Notes under the pieces: generated by a model
Told to the model about the DNA's origin: nothing
The model's input: the letters and a program-made list of their open reading frames with translations, nothing else
Database searches by the model: none
Program-made: the position numbers and the translations under genes
Sequence record: PV611058.1
Length of the DNA: 64,000 nucleotides
Direction: 5' to 3' (one strand)
Shown: positions 16,981-26,987 of the stretch, piece after piece
How the letters are laid out: each line of letters starts with the position of its first letter
Position numbering within the stretch: position 1 is the stretch's first letter

Positions 16981-19900
16981 ATGACTAATAATTTTAAGTT
17001 TCAACCTACACAGATGGCTGAAGCAGTACAGAAGAAGCTTTTCATAAAAAGATTGCCTGAGTGGATGCAAGGCTTAGAAGATATTCAGAAAGTCAGTGAT
17101 GATGTTATCCAACAATGGTTTAATCCGGCTGAAAACGAATTAGTTGACGGCTACATTGGTGACATGGGTTCTCCGGCAGCAGCAGGGAACATCTTCTTAC
17201 ACGAGTCAACAGTCGCACGTCAACTATATCAGTTGTCCTCTGCGTATGTCTCAAGAAATGATGACTCCAGCATTCGTTCAATTCAATTTTATGATGATCT
17301 AGTTGGTTATATGAATCATTACGGTGCACTAACCGAAAATGAAAGCCGTTTGTTTAATGGTAAGTTCTATTCATGGACCCCACCAATTAACCCTAACAAA
17401 ATGAACAACTACAGTTCATATCTATGGGATTCCAAGAATAGCTATAATATCACAACTCCAGATTATATTGTAATGGAACGTGGTGCAGAAAATGGTAACA
17501 CTTGGTCACTACAAAACTTCTGGTACACATTAGGTGAAACTTTAGAAGATGGTACAATCCTAACTGAAGAACTAATGCAAGATTCCCGTTTTGTTCGTGC
17601 TCGTGCTCCAATTATCGAATACAATAAAAATATCGAACTAATGAACTACGGTACTAAATTCCGTGGGACAGTTGATTTGTTCTCTGATATTATTAAACCT
17701 GAAGATATCGTACAAAAAGATATTAACAGCGGTATACGTATTGATGGTATTATTCCACAAGATGGTATGCGTATTCTTTTCACCAGTATTGGTAACAATG
17801 GTGAAAACAACCGAATTTATAAAGTATATGTTAAACGTATGCAAGATGGAACACGTGTGTATGGTCTAGCATTAGATCCAGACGAAGAATCTGAAAGCCG
17901 TCCGAGTGGTGAACCACAAGATGGTGACGTAGTTCTTATTATCAAAGGTAATGAATTTGGTAACAGTTCCATGTATTGGGACGGTTCTCATTGGATTCAA
18001 GCACAGTCTAAAACTTCTGTGAACGTATTTCCACAATTCCAATTGTATGACCGTAATGGTGTTAAACTAAACAACACTACTACCTATCCATCAAGTACTT
18101 TTACTGGTTCTTCACTATTTGGTTTTAAAATTAACTATAATTATGCAACTGATAGCGTTTATGGTTATAACATTGAACTAGGTGATTACAATTATTACAC
18201 ATATGAGAATTTCCTACAATCAACTCGTTATACTTACGAGCATTTGGGTGTGGAAGTTGAAATTGATGGACTATATTACTATAACGTAATTGGTGAAGGT
18301 AATACAATGAACCTAGAAACTGATTGGGTTCGTAGTACTGAATACTCCAAACAATATGTTAAACAAACTCCACAGGTTGAACGTACAGTAATGTTCCGCG
18401 TGTTCAGTACTGTTTATGACATGGAAAGTTTCAAAGATCCAGTTGAAGGAATGTATGCTTATGTAATTGAAGTTGATAGAACATATCAATATTACAAAGC
18501 AGAACGTGAAACATATCTTGATTGGCATGTTATCGTTGGTGATGGGGTACAAAGCGTTAAGTACAATCATACATTTGAATTGGCACAAAAAGTACTAGAT
18601 AATTCTGATGATATTATCGAACTAGTTGTTGATGGTGTGGAAATAAAAGAATACACCAAAACTGTAGTTAATAATCAAGTACAAAGTATTACAATTGATA
18701 GCTCTGTTGATTTGGATGAAGATTCTGTTGTACAAATCAGAACTTATAGTAGCACTATCACTCCTAATAAAGAGTTGGGTGCATATGAAGTTCCAATTAA
18801 CCTACAAAATAACCCATATAATTCAAACATTGAATACATCAACCAAGGTGATTACACCCTGCACTTCCAAGATATTATTCAAAAGAATATTACATCTGGT
18901 TCTGCTGATGACTTTAACAATTACGAAGAACGTTTGGCTGCTGGTTTGGTTAATAATGGTGTAGGTACTAAAATTATTCAAAACGAAGCGTCTATGCTAC
19001 CACTAATGGCACATACCGCTAATGAAGATATTGATTTGTTTGAATCAATCATGTTTATGCAAGCAGAATACTTCCGCTTCATCAACAAGTTCAACACTCA
19101 AATGCTTCGTTTGTATGAAGAAGATCCAAGTGCATTTCTTGGTAATAGTGCATCAAACATCGTAGATGCGATTCTAACAGCTATTAATATGGGACGTGAT
19201 AGTACATTCCCATTCTACTATGACAACGTTGCAAGCACTGCTGGGTTTATTCGTGCATTTGTCCCACCAACTCCACAGTTTTTGGGTATTTTGCAAGCTT
19301 ATACACCACAAAAAGCAACATTCTTAACTGCTGGTAGTAAATCTAGCTGGTATAATATCAGTCATACTGGTATTATTTCAAAAGCATACCGTGTTATCAA
19401 TGGTGTTGATAAAATGGATGACGTTGTTTTCGAATTGGAGAATCGTATCTTTAATAGTATTGACCTTACTTTCAAGGATATTGATTATAAACCAGTACTA
19501 AACAGTGAAGACCTATTCCCAACTCCATATTTCACTGGTACTGATTATAGTGCAGAAGAAAAGAAAACTCTATTGCTACGTGGTTACATTAACTTCACAG
19601 CAACCAATGGTATTAGTAACAGTACTCATGATTATGATGCAAATAACTGGAGAACTTGGAACTATACTGGTAGTTATTATGTTGTTGATGGTCAACGTAC
19701 TGAAATTCCTGCTCGTGGTTCATGGCGTGCAATCTATACTGACCAATACGGCACATATCGTCCAGCAACCCATCCGTGGGAAATGATGGGCTTCTCTCAA
19801 CGTCCTACTTGGTGGAACCAAGAATACGAACCAACCGCAGTTCAAGTTGGTGAACGTGAAGGTGATGTTGTTTATGTGTATGAAGCACTAGTAATGAATG

Positions 19901-22900
19901 AAAGTGGTGATTTGGTCCCAAGTGGTTTGTGGGATATTGATGGTACTATCGGTGACAGCAGCACTGGTACTATTTTGTCAGGTGAACGCCGTGGTCAATA
20001 TGACAAATACAAGCGTTTCGGTGTACAGCCATTTAAAATCACTAAGACTGGCGAGAAAACCAGTACTGGTATTGATATTTGTGAAGTGGAGTATATTGCA
20101 CCTGAAGTTTTAGGTCTTGTTAGTGGTAATTTAGATCATCGTGCAGAACCGTGGTCTTATGGTGACATGGGTGACATGGAATTCACTTACATGAACACTG
20201 CGATGTTTGCTTATGACCAAATGCTTCTTCTATACAAAGCAAAACCAGCACAGTTTGTAAACTATTACTGGGATACCCGTAATGATAACCTCAAACCAGT
20301 TTATACTGATGGTTCACAGTTCCTTTATGGTGAAACTCGTAAGCGTCTAAACTTTGACAGTACTACATTAGTACATGGTGAGAAAAATACCCGTACTATC
20401 GGTTATCAAATGTTTGTTAGTGACTATTTGATGTATCAGAACAAGAACATTACCACCAAATACGGTGACGTTGTTCGTTCTTCTTATGTTAATGTTGCTC
20501 ACAAAATTGGTGGCTTTACTAAAGCAGACCAATTGACATTCACTGCTAAATCTTTCGGTTTGATTTCACAAGAAAACCAAACTATCGGTCTAGTTCGTTC
20601 CAATAACATTCGCGATGAGCAAATGAGTGCAGTAAAAATTACTTGGAATGGTAGTGCATATCAAATTGATGGTTATGATTTAGTTGGTGCTAAATTTAAG
20701 TATAAAATTCCAGTTAAAAATGGAAGAAAAGTAACTCTTAAATTGGAAGACAGAACTGTTGTTCATTACAATGAATGGAAATCTGAAGGTACATTAGAAT
20801 ATGGTAAAATATTCAATACATACCAAGAAGTTTATACTTTCATTTGTGGATATGGTGAATATCTAAAAGAACATGGCTGGATTTTTGAAGATGTAAATGA
20901 TAGTGGTGCTCAACAAGACTGGACAACTATTGCTAAAGACTTTGTTATTTGGAGTCAGAATAATTTAAGTACTGGTGAGTTCATCTCCTGTACTCCAAGT
21001 GCAGCTAATGCTAAATTTGGTGCAGATTTTGGTTCAGTTCAATCTGTTACACAGAACAGTGGTGGTGTTTGGTCACTACTCGATGATGAAAACCAAGGTA
21101 TCCGTCAATATGAAATCGAAACTTCGCGTATCGGTAACGTATTCACAGTGAGAACTACATCTGAATCACAAAAACGTATGGCGTTGATTCGTTTGAGCCT
21201 AAGTTCATATGAACACGCAGTTGTTTTTGATGATAAAACTATCTTTGGTGATTACATTTACCAACCAACTTATGGTGCTATTCAAGAATTGATTAAAATG
21301 TATGGTTACATTACTGGGTCATGGACTGGTCGCCTACAAGCACCCGGTTTCATTATCCTAGAAGCAGGAACTTTACCATCATTTGAAAAATTAGTAACTG
21401 ATTTTGAATTATATTATAATAGTGAAACTCCTGTGAGTGATGTTCAGCTTCAAGAGTTATCAAATCACTTGATTGGCTATCAAACTCGTGATTATCTACA
21501 ACGTATGATTAGTAGTGATGTTAGTCGTGTTGATTTCTATAAAGGATTCATTCATGACAAAGGTACTAACCAAGTAATGGAAAAAGTACTACGCGTTTCT
21601 AAATCTTACGACACTGATGAATATAAAGCACTTCAGGAATGGGCATTTAAGATTGGTACTTATGGTAATATCAATGGTAAGAAAAATCTACAATTTAAAC
21701 TAATCAATGACCAATTTAAGCAACAACCACAGATGGTTTCGTTTGATGTTAATGCTACATCAAATGGTACTGGTAATGGTATTGTTTATTACGGTGAACA
21801 AGGGGTTGACTCACGCTGGATTACTCGTCCAAATGGTAAGTTTTCATTCCCAATGCGTAGTGGAAGAAGTGAGAATATCCAACTTCCAGACATTGGTCCT
21901 GTAACACTAGATGAAATTTCATACGTTACTAAAGATTTCAGTACTGCATATAATGATCGTATCAATTATATGAATAACAGTGGTGAAATCCCAGATTCTG
22001 TATGGATGTTTAAAGATGGTAATGATTTGTGGAATATTTTCGAACTAGTAGACACTGAAGTTGAGATGCTCTCTATCGTTCCAATTGAAAATACCGATGT
22101 ATATGCAGAACAATTCTGTAAAGTAACTCTAAGTGATGATATCCCACTAAATGATGGTGATTATTATTACTTTGTTGATGAAACTAACTTTATGCCAGAT
22201 ACATTGACTATAGAAAGTCAATATTATACTGCGGGTAATGACCCTAGAGTTATGGTAGTTCCGTTTGACACTTCAATCACTATTGACTTCACTGATCCTG
22301 ATACTCGCCCACGCTTGTATCGTTATGTTTCACGATTCAGTACTGAAGAGATGCGTCAGGAATACATTGACAGAAAATATAGTTTTAAAGCTCCACAAAG
22401 TACTTTGTTTGACCGCCCAACCACATATGATGAGCGTACTAACATTACTGCGTTGTACCTAAACGTGTTTGACCCAATCAACGGTGTTATTCCTGGTGCA
22501 GCGATGCAGAACGTTACCTACACATCTCCAGTTGACCCAGCACAATACAACAGCAATGGTGAATTGATTCAAGCATGGGGTGCTGATAAAGTTGGTCAGG
22601 TTTGGTGGAACACCAGCACTGCTTTCTACTTAGATTACACTCGTGCAATCTATGATGCTGATGGTAATGTGGATGTTGATGCAACAAATGAATATAAACG
22701 TTATAACTGGGGCAGATTGCTACCGCACAGTACTGTTGATGTTCTTGAATGGGTATGTTCGCCAGTTGAACCATATAACTGGGACAAATACTGCAAAGAC
22801 GTTGCTAACAAAAATAAAAACAACACTATGTACCTACCAAGCGGAACCGCATTGGAAGATAATTATAGTACGTTCTTAGAATATGATAGCACAACTGATA

Positions 22901-25900
22901 CTTATGTTACAAAATACTATTTCTGGGTTCGTGATACAATCTATGTACCACCATTGCATTCCAGAACTAAATCTTGTACTGATATTGCTCGTATTATTAA
23001 AGAACCAGCACAGCTTAACATTCCTTGGTTTGCACCAATCAATGAAAGCTCGTTCATTCTAAGTAATATGCAATTTGAAGTCAACGATGACACAAGTATT
23101 TTAACTGTTTCTTATTACATGGATAATACTGAAGTTATTAAACATGACCAGTATCAATTATGTAAAGAAGGTGATAGCTATAACTTCAATCCATCAATCT
23201 GGACTTCTATGTGGAATTCTATGATTGGTCAAGAAACTACTGAATCAGGAACTGTTATTGATTTACTATATCCTTTAGTACCAAACGGTTTAGGTTCTAA
23301 TAAGACTTGGTTCCAAGATGTAATTGAAGCTCGTAGAAACTTTGTAGAAAGTGCAAATAACTATTATCGCTCACAGAATATAACAACTAACACTGTTCTA
23401 ATGGACGAAGTGTTTAATGTTAAAACTACTGAAGTTAACCCGAATGAAGTATCATATCGTGTACTAACTTACAATAGTGAATTAGTCATTGCACCTGAAA
23501 GTGACAAGTTCAAAGAAAACGACGCAGTACTAGTAAGTACTAGTGGTGTATTACCTAACCCACTATCAACTAGCTCTGTATATTTTGTGCATATTGATGC
23601 TAATGGTTATATTCATCTAATGAATAGTCCATCAAGTGCTGGTAGTGTGGTTACCATTACATTGGAAAACCGTGGTGAAGGTCAACAGAAAATGATTAAA
23701 CAATCAGACTATGTTGAAGCACTAGGAACTTCATTGGACATGACCCAGTACTGGTCACTAGCAGATTGGTATGATATTGGTTACGATAAAAATACTGCAT
23801 ATACACAAGAATCCAGCCTAGAAGATGCAAACACTAAGAACTATCAAGTTGGTGACATTATCAGAATTACAGATGTTGATGGCATCTGGACATTGTACAT
23901 TAAAGCACAATCACGTGATTCAGTTTACTGGAAAGCAATTGGTCGTGAAAATAGTACAGTTGAATTGAATGATATGTTATACGCTGACTATACAGTTCGT
24001 GATGCTAATGGTTCGTTGAGTAATCGTGAGATTAACGTTCGTAAAGCACTAGCTTTATTGAAGAACTCATTCGACTTACATCAGAGTGAAATTGTGTTTG
24101 ATATGGTTAAGTATGTTCACGTAGAACAAAGCGTTGTTGATTGGGTATTCAAAACATCTTACATTTATATTGTAGGTTTAGAACAATCATTAGTACAGAA
24201 CTATTCCAACGACAACTTGATTAATCAAATCGTTGAGTACTTTGAAGAAGTTAAACCATATAGAACTAAGATTCGTTCCCAGATTGAACAGAAAACTTCA
24301 GATGATGATTTAATTAAAGGTTTGTGTAATGATTTAGATCCTAATGGCTATATATTTGCAGATGGGACTTGGGTTAAAACGGAAAAAGACATTTGGGATT
24401 ATGAATATGCTCAATTCAATGAGGTAACTCAACGTTGGGAGCAAGTTGGTGAATTGCCAAGTGATTTCGTAACACCTAATCGCCGTTTCCAAGAAATTGA
24501 TGTTATCATGCACTACGACAACACTCAATGTAAACCAAATGATAATTTGGCAAGTGTTGATGTATTGGAAGAAGTGAATAAGAAATATCAATCTAATGCA
24601 CAAGATGTTGTTAGTAATTTTGAATTACAACGTTACAAATATACATTCCCAGAATACAGTGATGAAGATTTCGACCTATTGGTTGCTTATCAGATGCAAT
24701 TGTATTACCCAGAATTGAACGTAACTCTAGGGATTGCTTACGGTGTTAACCAATGGTATGCAGACCATGCAGATGATTTGGTAGCAACCGCAGAATTCAC
24801 AGAAACGTTGAATCGTGTATATAAAGAATCAACACAAAATGAAATGTTTAATGACGTAAATCATTATGTTCAGTATAACACACTCTCTAACCGTTTGAAA
24901 TTGTACACAGGTGCAGATGATGAAGTAATTCATGATGAAGTTGGATGTGGATTTAGTGGGTTAACCTATGATGATAATCCAAGTACCAGACTACCGTTTG
25001 GTTATGCATCCAGTACTGATTATAACTTTGGTTACTTTGAAGTTAGTAGTGAGTTGTATAAAAAGTATGTTTCTTTAATTAAAGAAAACAATACTACTGC
25101 AACTGATGATGAAGTTAGAATTATACTTGAAGTTGAATATGGTGTTTATTCATATCGCCATGTAGATGAAGATGGAAATCAACGATTCTACAATGACGCA
25201 ATTCATGTATTGTCTGGTATGCGTGGTTTGTATGACAAAGATGCTACCGACCATTATGAAAAGGCTGAAGAAATACTAAGTAGAATGCCTATTGATATTC
25301 ATGCATTTACTATGATGCCACGAAAATATGTTTATGTTAATGTTAATGGTGTATACGAGAGTATCCCAGATGACCAAAGCATTGATGATTTCATGGAAGA
25401 CAAATTCATAACTGACGGTCAACTAGTTCAATTGGCAGAAATAAATCTTGATGACTTACCTCTTGATAGAAATAACCCAATGTACAGTGATTATCAGCAC
25501 ATCCTAGATAGCATCACCGATGCTAAGTACTACGATGATATGAATGCATTTGATAACCTAGCACTTGAATCACAAACTTCCGAGTTAAAATGGGAAGTTG
25601 AAGGTGACGAAGTAGATCCGTACATAATCGACATTTCTGATATTAACCCATCAGGAAGAAAGATTGGTCAGATTCGCTTCACAGTTGATGGTTATGGATT
25701 CAATAGTGTTTCACTAGTTCAATTGAGAGACAATAGTAGATATAAAACTGAAGGTATGGTTATTATCAACCCTTATAAAACAACAGAAGCAATTGTTAGT
25801 ATTCCTTCTTACGCTAAGATTGAAAATGATATTAGTAAATCATACAGTAAGTATGATGAAAAATACTTCTATAAAATTAAATCAATTGTTAGTGATACAG

Positions 25901-26952
25901 AAGCTGAAGTAATTGACAATACCCTATCTGATGGTGATAAGGTTATGATATTCACAACTGATGGTGAAGATTATGTGAGATACCAAAACAATGCATGGGA
26001 AACCATCTTGAGTGTATCAAAAATCAAAACTGACACCACACCAACCTTGTACACAGTAAGAAACACTGCGAACGGAACTGTAGAACTACTAGATAGTACT
26101 GGAGTTGTACTTCGTTATGATAACATCACTAAACAACAACAGAATGAACCAGCAATACCTCTAGCATTGAACATCGTTCGTATTAGAACCTTTGCTGATC
26201 CAGAATTCTTGGTTGATGGTGTTAAGTTGTATGAAACAAATAGAAACTATGCTATCGACGCAATGAACTATGAAGTATTCTACGACACAACACTATATGG
26301 TGGTTCTTATAATGATGGAATTACACCAGATGACGTTGATGTTTGGGTAGTGTCTAACGAGATATTTGAAGTTAATGGTGTTACCATTGATAACGGATAT
26401 AACTTACCAATTACTGGTGCAGGTGTTCTTAGTGAGTTAGTGAGAACCAAAATGACTGATAGTGTGGAAATTAACGTGTTCGAGTATGATGTTGGTATTA
26501 TTCAACCAGTACTGAATGCTGAAGGGGTATGGGAATATGCATATCCACTAGTTAGTGATACATATATTGGTGTAGTTGGTGGAACAGTAACTAACATTAC
26601 TGCTATCAGTGAAGAAAATACTACTTATGTTTCACAACCAGATTCAGTTAGTCCATATAGTGTTACTAATAATGTTCTATCTGGTGCTGGTGCAAGTATG
26701 AATGATATTATTTCTCTTGGTTTTGAAAAAGTTGAAGTACGTTTTGCAAATAACTTACTCCGTGGGGTAATGTATAGTGCAGAACACGACTTTAAAGAGA
26801 ATGTGACATATTCATTTAATGGCTTGAACTTAGGTAAAGTTAATTTACTAAAACGTTATAGTGTTAACAGTTATCCAATCGAACTATCTGTTTACTCCGA
26901 TAGTTTGCAAATAAGTGGTACTGACATTAAAAATCTATTAGAAGTTAAATAA
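16981..26952 (+). CDS. Giant baseplate wedge/structural protein (gp7-like position), ~3,323 aa
   Basis: Uninterrupted ~10-kb ORF directly after gp6. GGAG SD at 16970-16973 before MTNNF. FEEVKPYRTKIR motif of jumbo-phage wedge proteins. Confidence 0.6.
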   Translation: MTNNFKFQPTQMAEAVQKKLFIKRLPEWMQGLEDIQKVSDDVIQQWFNPAENELVDGYIGDMGSPAAAGNIFLHESTVARQLYQLSSAYVSRNDDSSIRSIQFYDDLVGYMNHYGALTENESRLFNGKFYSWTPPINPNKMNNYSSYLWDSKNSYNITTPDYIVMERGAENGNTWSLQNFWYTLGETLEDGTILTEELMQDSRFVRARAPIIEYNKNIELMNYGTKFRGTVDLFSDIIKPEDIVQKDINSGIRIDGIIPQDGMRILFTSIGNNGENNRIYKVYVKRMQDGTRVYGLALDPDEESESRPSGEPQDGDVVLIIKGNEFGNSSMYWDGSHWIQAQSKTSVNVFPQFQLYDRNGVKLNNTTTYPSSTFTGSSLFGFKINYNYATDSVYGYNIELGDYNYYTYENFLQSTRYTYEHLGVEVEIDGLYYYNVIGEGNTMNLETDWVRSTEYSKQYVKQTPQVERTVMFRVFSTVYDMESFKDPVEGMYAYVIEVDRTYQYYKAERETYLDWHVIVGDGVQSVKYNHTFELAQKVLDNSDDIIELVVDGVEIKEYTKTVVNNQVQSITIDSSVDLDEDSVVQIRTYSSTITPNKELGAYEVPINLQNNPYNSNIEYINQGDYTLHFQDIIQKNITSGSADDFNNYEERLAAGLVNNGVGTKIIQNEASMLPLMAHTANEDIDLFESIMFMQAEYFRFINKFNTQMLRLYEEDPSAFLGNSASNIVDAILTAINMGRDSTFPFYYDNVASTAGFIRAFVPPTPQFLGILQAYTPQKATFLTAGSKSSWYNISHTGIISKAYRVINGVDKMDDVVFELENRIFNSIDLTFKDIDYKPVLNSEDLFPTPYFTGTDYSAEEKKTLLLRGYINFTATNGISNSTHDYDANNWRTWNYTGSYYVVDGQRTEIPARGSWRAIYTDQYGTYRPATHPWEMMGFSQRPTWWNQEYEPTAVQVGEREGDVVYVYEALVMNESGDLVPSGLWDIDGTIGDSSTGTILSGERRGQYDKYKRFGVQPFKITKTGEKTSTGIDICEVEYIAPEVLGLVSGNLDHRAEPWSYGDMGDMEFTYMNTAMFAYDQMLLLYKAKPAQFVNYYWDTRNDNLKPVYTDGSQFLYGETRKRLNFDSTTLVHGEKNTRTIGYQMFVSDYLMYQNKNITTKYGDVVRSSYVNVAHKIGGFTKADQLTFTAKSFGLISQENQTIGLVRSNNIRDEQMSAVKITWNGSAYQIDGYDLVGAKFKYKIPVKNGRKVTLKLEDRTVVHYNEWKSEGTLEYGKIFNTYQEVYTFICGYGEYLKEHGWIFEDVNDSGAQQDWTTIAKDFVIWSQNNLSTGEFISCTPSAANAKFGADFGSVQSVTQNSGGVWSLLDDENQGIRQYEIETSRIGNVFTVRTTSESQKRMALIRLSLSSYEHAVVFDDKTIFGDYIYQPTYGAIQELIKMYGYITGSWTGRLQAPGFIILEAGTLPSFEKLVTDFELYYNSETPVSDVQLQELSNHLIGYQTRDYLQRMISSDVSRVDFYKGFIHDKGTNQVMEKVLRVSKSYDTDEYKALQEWAFKIGTYGNINGKKNLQFKLINDQFKQQPQMVSFDVNATSNGTGNGIVYYGEQGVDSRWITRPNGKFSFPMRSGRSENIQLPDIGPVTLDEISYVTKDFSTAYNDRINYMNNSGEIPDSVWMFKDGNDLWNIFELVDTEVEMLSIVPIENTDVYAEQFCKVTLSDDIPLNDGDYYYFVDETNFMPDTLTIESQYYTAGNDPRVMVVPFDTSITIDFTDPDTRPRLYRYVSRFSTEEMRQEYIDRKYSFKAPQSTLFDRPTTYDERTNITALYLNVFDPINGVIPGAAMQNVTYTSPVDPAQYNSNGELIQAWGADKVGQVWWNTSTAFYLDYTRAIYDADGNVDVDATNEYKRYNWGRLLPHSTVDVLEWVCSPVEPYNWDKYCKDVANKNKNNTMYLPSGTALEDNYSTFLEYDSTTDTYVTKYYFWVRDTIYVPPLHSRTKSCTDIARIIKEPAQLNIPWFAPINESSFILSNMQFEVNDDTSILTVSYYMDNTEVIKHDQYQLCKEGDSYNFNPSIWTSMWNSMIGQETTESGTVIDLLYPLVPNGLGSNKTWFQDVIEARRNFVESANNYYRSQNITTNTVLMDEVFNVKTTEVNPNEVSYRVLTYNSELVIAPESDKFKENDAVLVSTSGVLPNPLSTSSVYFVHIDANGYIHLMNSPSSAGSVVTITLENRGEGQQKMIKQSDYVEALGTSLDMTQYWSLADWYDIGYDKNTAYTQESSLEDANTKNYQVGDIIRITDVDGIWTLYIKAQSRDSVYWKAIGRENSTVELNDMLYADYTVRDANGSLSNREINVRKALALLKNSFDLHQSEIVFDMVKYVHVEQSVVDWVFKTSYIYIVGLEQSLVQNYSNDNLINQIVEYFEEVKPYRTKIRSQIEQKTSDDDLIKGLCNDLDPNGYIFADGTWVKTEKDIWDYEYAQFNEVTQRWEQVGELPSDFVTPNRRFQEIDVIMHYDNTQCKPNDNLASVDVLEEVNKKYQSNAQDVVSNFELQRYKYTFPEYSDEDFDLLVAYQMQLYYPELNVTLGIAYGVNQWYADHADDLVATAEFTETLNRVYKESTQNEMFNDVNHYVQYNTLSNRLKLYTGADDEVIHDEVGCGFSGLTYDDNPSTRLPFGYASSTDYNFGYFEVSSELYKKYVSLIKENNTTATDDEVRIILEVEYGVYSYRHVDEDGNQRFYNDAIHVLSGMRGLYDKDATDHYEKAEEILSRMPIDIHAFTMMPRKYVYVNVNGVYESIPDDQSIDDFMEDKFITDGQLVQLAEINLDDLPLDRNNPMYSDYQHILDSITDAKYYDDMNAFDNLALESQTSELKWEVEGDEVDPYIIDISDINPSGRKIGQIRFTVDGYGFNSVSLVQLRDNSRYKTEGMVIINPYKTTEAIVSIPSYAKIENDISKSYSKYDEKYFYKIKSIVSDTEAEVIDNTLSDGDKVMIFTTDGEDYVRYQNNAWETILSVSKIKTDTTPTLYTVRNTANGTVELLDSTGVVLRYDNITKQQQNEPAIPLALNIVRIRTFADPEFLVDGVKLYETNRNYAIDAMNYEVFYDTTLYGGSYNDGITPDDVDVWVVSNEIFEVNGVTIDNGYNLPITGAGVLSELVRTKMTDSVEINVFEYDVGIIQPVLNAEGVWEYAYPLVSDTYIGVVGGTVTNITAISEENTTYVSQPDSVSPYSVTNNVLSGAGASMNDIISLGFEKVEVRFANNLLRGVMYSAEHDFKENVTYSFNGLNLGKVNLLKRYSVNSYPIELSVYSDSLQISGTDIKNLLEVK

Positions 26953-26953
26953 C

Positions 26954-26987
26954 AAAAAGGAGAGCAAATGCTCTCCTTTTCTTTTTT
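26954..26987. terminator. Bidirectional terminator
   Basis: AAAAGGAGAGC-aaat-GCTCTCCTTTT between convergent genes. Confidence 0.85.

Noticed and set aside
14021-24603. Numerous 60-130-aa alternative-frame ORFs within gp6 and the giant wedge gene
   Set aside because: Their number and length are what is expected by chance inside long AT-rich genes, and none has a motif or translation signal.
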